This document shows, in pieces, positions 55,510 through 64,000 of a DNA stretch of 64,000 nt; the stretch's first letter is position 1; every line of letters starts with the position of its first letter. Both the position numbers and the translations under genes were made by a program. The stretch comes from Eledone cirrhosa (Eukaryota). Under the pieces are notes generated by a model. That model searched no databases, had not been told where the DNA came from, and was given only the letters and a program-made list of their open reading frames with translations. Location: the NCBI GenBank assembly GCA_964016885.1, contig OZ024743.1, positions 261,020,001-261,084,000 on the forward strand. The letters are read 5' to 3'.

Positions 55510-57551
55510 TTATTGTTCATTTAGCTTGGGTTTGAATTTATCAATAAAATTCTTTTCTTTGATTTTTCTCTTGATTTCATTTGGGCTGTGTAATTTGTAG
55601 AATGGGAATATTATAAATATTCCCTGACCACATGTTGCCAGGTGGCCGCTTAGGGGTATCTGACGGACATTTGGGTCTCTGATTTGTTGACGGTGTACCC
55701 GTGCACGTTCCGATAGTGCATTTCCAGTTTGACCGACATATAGTTCTTCACAATTCGGGCATTTAATGCAGTAAATTAGATTTCTGCTTTTGCAGTTCAT
55801 ATTTGCATTTGTGAATATTTTTCCAGTTTTTGTTTTCATATATTGACCGGCGTGTATGGATTGACATGTGCCGCATCGATTATCATTGCATTTAGATACA
55901 GTGAATGATTGGTCTTTGTTGTTAAGGTCAAACTTTGCTTTTGTTAGCAATTGCTTCAAATTTTTTGGCTGTCTTTTACTAAGAGTCAAAGATCGATCTG
56001 TGATTAAGCCTTTTAATTCATTACTTTGAGCAATGATCGGTAGGTTTGCTTTGGCAGTGTTGAAGATATTCTGGTGACATGGGTTGTGTGTCATTATAAA
56101 TGGTATGACCAGTTCTTGGTTTCTTCTTCTTTGGGTTGTTCTAAGTTGTTGTATAGGTATTTTTATAGCCCGCTGTATGCCATTTTCTATAAGTAGAGAT
56201 GGGTATTTTTGTTTGAGCAAAAATTCTCTTAGTTCTGTTAGGCGTTTGTACCTGGTATTCGTATCTTCTACAATGGTACAAATTCTTCTGGCTAGGCAGT
56301 ATGGGATGTTGCGTTTTGTATGAGGTGGATGGCACGACTTAAAATTCAGATATTGATGGGTGTCTGTGTGTTTATAATATATATCCGTGGTAATGGTGGT
56401 GTCGTTTTTGATTATCATTATATCTAGGAATGGTAATTTGGTCCTACTCATCTCTTTTGTGAATTGGAGAGATGGGTGTAGGTTATTCAAGAGGATATTG
56501 AACTCATCCAGAGTATCTAGAGATTCTGTCCAGATGATGAAACAGTCGTCAAGGTATCTCTTCCAAGATTTTTCAATGTACTTTCTAAAGTCAGTACTAT
56601 ATTTTTCCTCTATTTCTTGGTAGAGTTGTTGTTCTAAGTATCCCATTACAGAGTTCGCGTAAACGGGAGCAAACTTCGTTCCCATCGCTGTGCCTCTAAT
56701 TTGGATGTAATTCTTTCCATTGAAGAAGAAAGTGTTGTTTTCCAGAATAAGTTTAACTGCGTCTAATATAAATGGCGCTGTGAATCTAATGGGAATCACT
56801 TCTCTATGTTTTTCCACCCAGTATGTAACCGCCTTTATTCCTAAATCATGTGTAATGTTGGTGTAAAGGCTTACCACATCAAAACTGAGTAGAAGTGAAT
56901 TCGTTTCCGTGGTTTTGGGAAGATGGGACAGGAAGTCGATATCATCCCGGATGAAACTGGGTATGTGAATACATAGTGGTTTCAAATAATGTCAACAAAA
57001 TTGCTTAGACGGTGAGTGGGGCATGTTGGACCAGCTATAATAGGTCTAAGTTTTAAGTCTTTTGGGTGTAATAATTTAATGTACTCACTGTTTTGTTCTC
57101 TTACTGCCAGTTGTATTTCTTTTGACTTGTGAACTTTCGGTAGGCCATACAGGTTGCTGGGTTTCGGCTCAAAATTGGTGATGTAGTCTCTTTCCTTATC
57201 AGTAAATGAGTTGTGGTATTTTGAAGCCAGGTTGTTGATCTTCTTCATGATGTTGTGGTCTATATTTGACGGTATTTCATGATAGAATGTTGTGTCTTTC
57301 AGTTGTTCCTCAACCAAATCCTTGTAGTATTCGGTATCCATTATAACAACTGCACCCCCTTTATCTGCTTGTTTAATTATTATTGTTTTATCATTTTGTA
57401 TACGTTTAAGTGCAGACATTTCTGATGTGTTAATGTTTGGCCTAACATTAGTATTATGTCTAAGAGGAAATTTAGACAGGATGTCAATGTATTGGTCGAG
57501 ATAGATATTTCTTCCTTTTGGCGGAGTGAAATTTGATTTATTCTTTACTAG
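55510..57551 (-). mobile_element. 5'-truncated Neptune-type Penelope-like element, RT + GIY-YIG, one frameshift near 56985
   Basis: [83 protein letters not shown]. Confidence 0.95.
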
Positions 57552-57624
57552 TGAGGTAGTAGAGTGGGTAATAGGAACCAGTAAGACCCCGACAGCTGAG
57601 CTCAAGCCGTTCTGACGGCTAATT

Positions 57625-64000
<6,376 letters not shown>

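Overview
AT-rich, microsatellite-saturated animal genomic DNA. The SINE types and (TA)n load suggest an octopus or other cephalopod (inference). Nearly all ORFs in the track are artefacts of (TA)n/(CA)n repeats. Host gene: the last five coding exons of an ELOVL4-like fatty-acid elongase on the minus strand (52025-37409); the 5' exons were not found and presumably lie beyond the window. Mobile DNA: two decayed Neptune-type Penelope-like elements (PLEs; RT + GIY-YIG), a Naiad-type and another Neptune-type PLE fragment, CR1-group and RTE LINEs, many tRNA-derived SINEs, piggyBac-type MITEs and a mariner remnant. The main hidden signal is RNA. Reading both strands by eye gives about 24 type-I hammerhead ribozyme (HHR) or HHR-like motifs from about 10 sequence families, nearly all in short islands inside (TA)n tracts. 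They include a six-unit ~428-bp non-coding tandem array with one HHR per unit (retrozyme-like), a sense-strand HHR downstream of each of the four PLE coding remnants, and unusual variants (U4A core, U3-A8 core, 115-nt helix II). All structures were paired by hand; none was tested computationally or experimentally.
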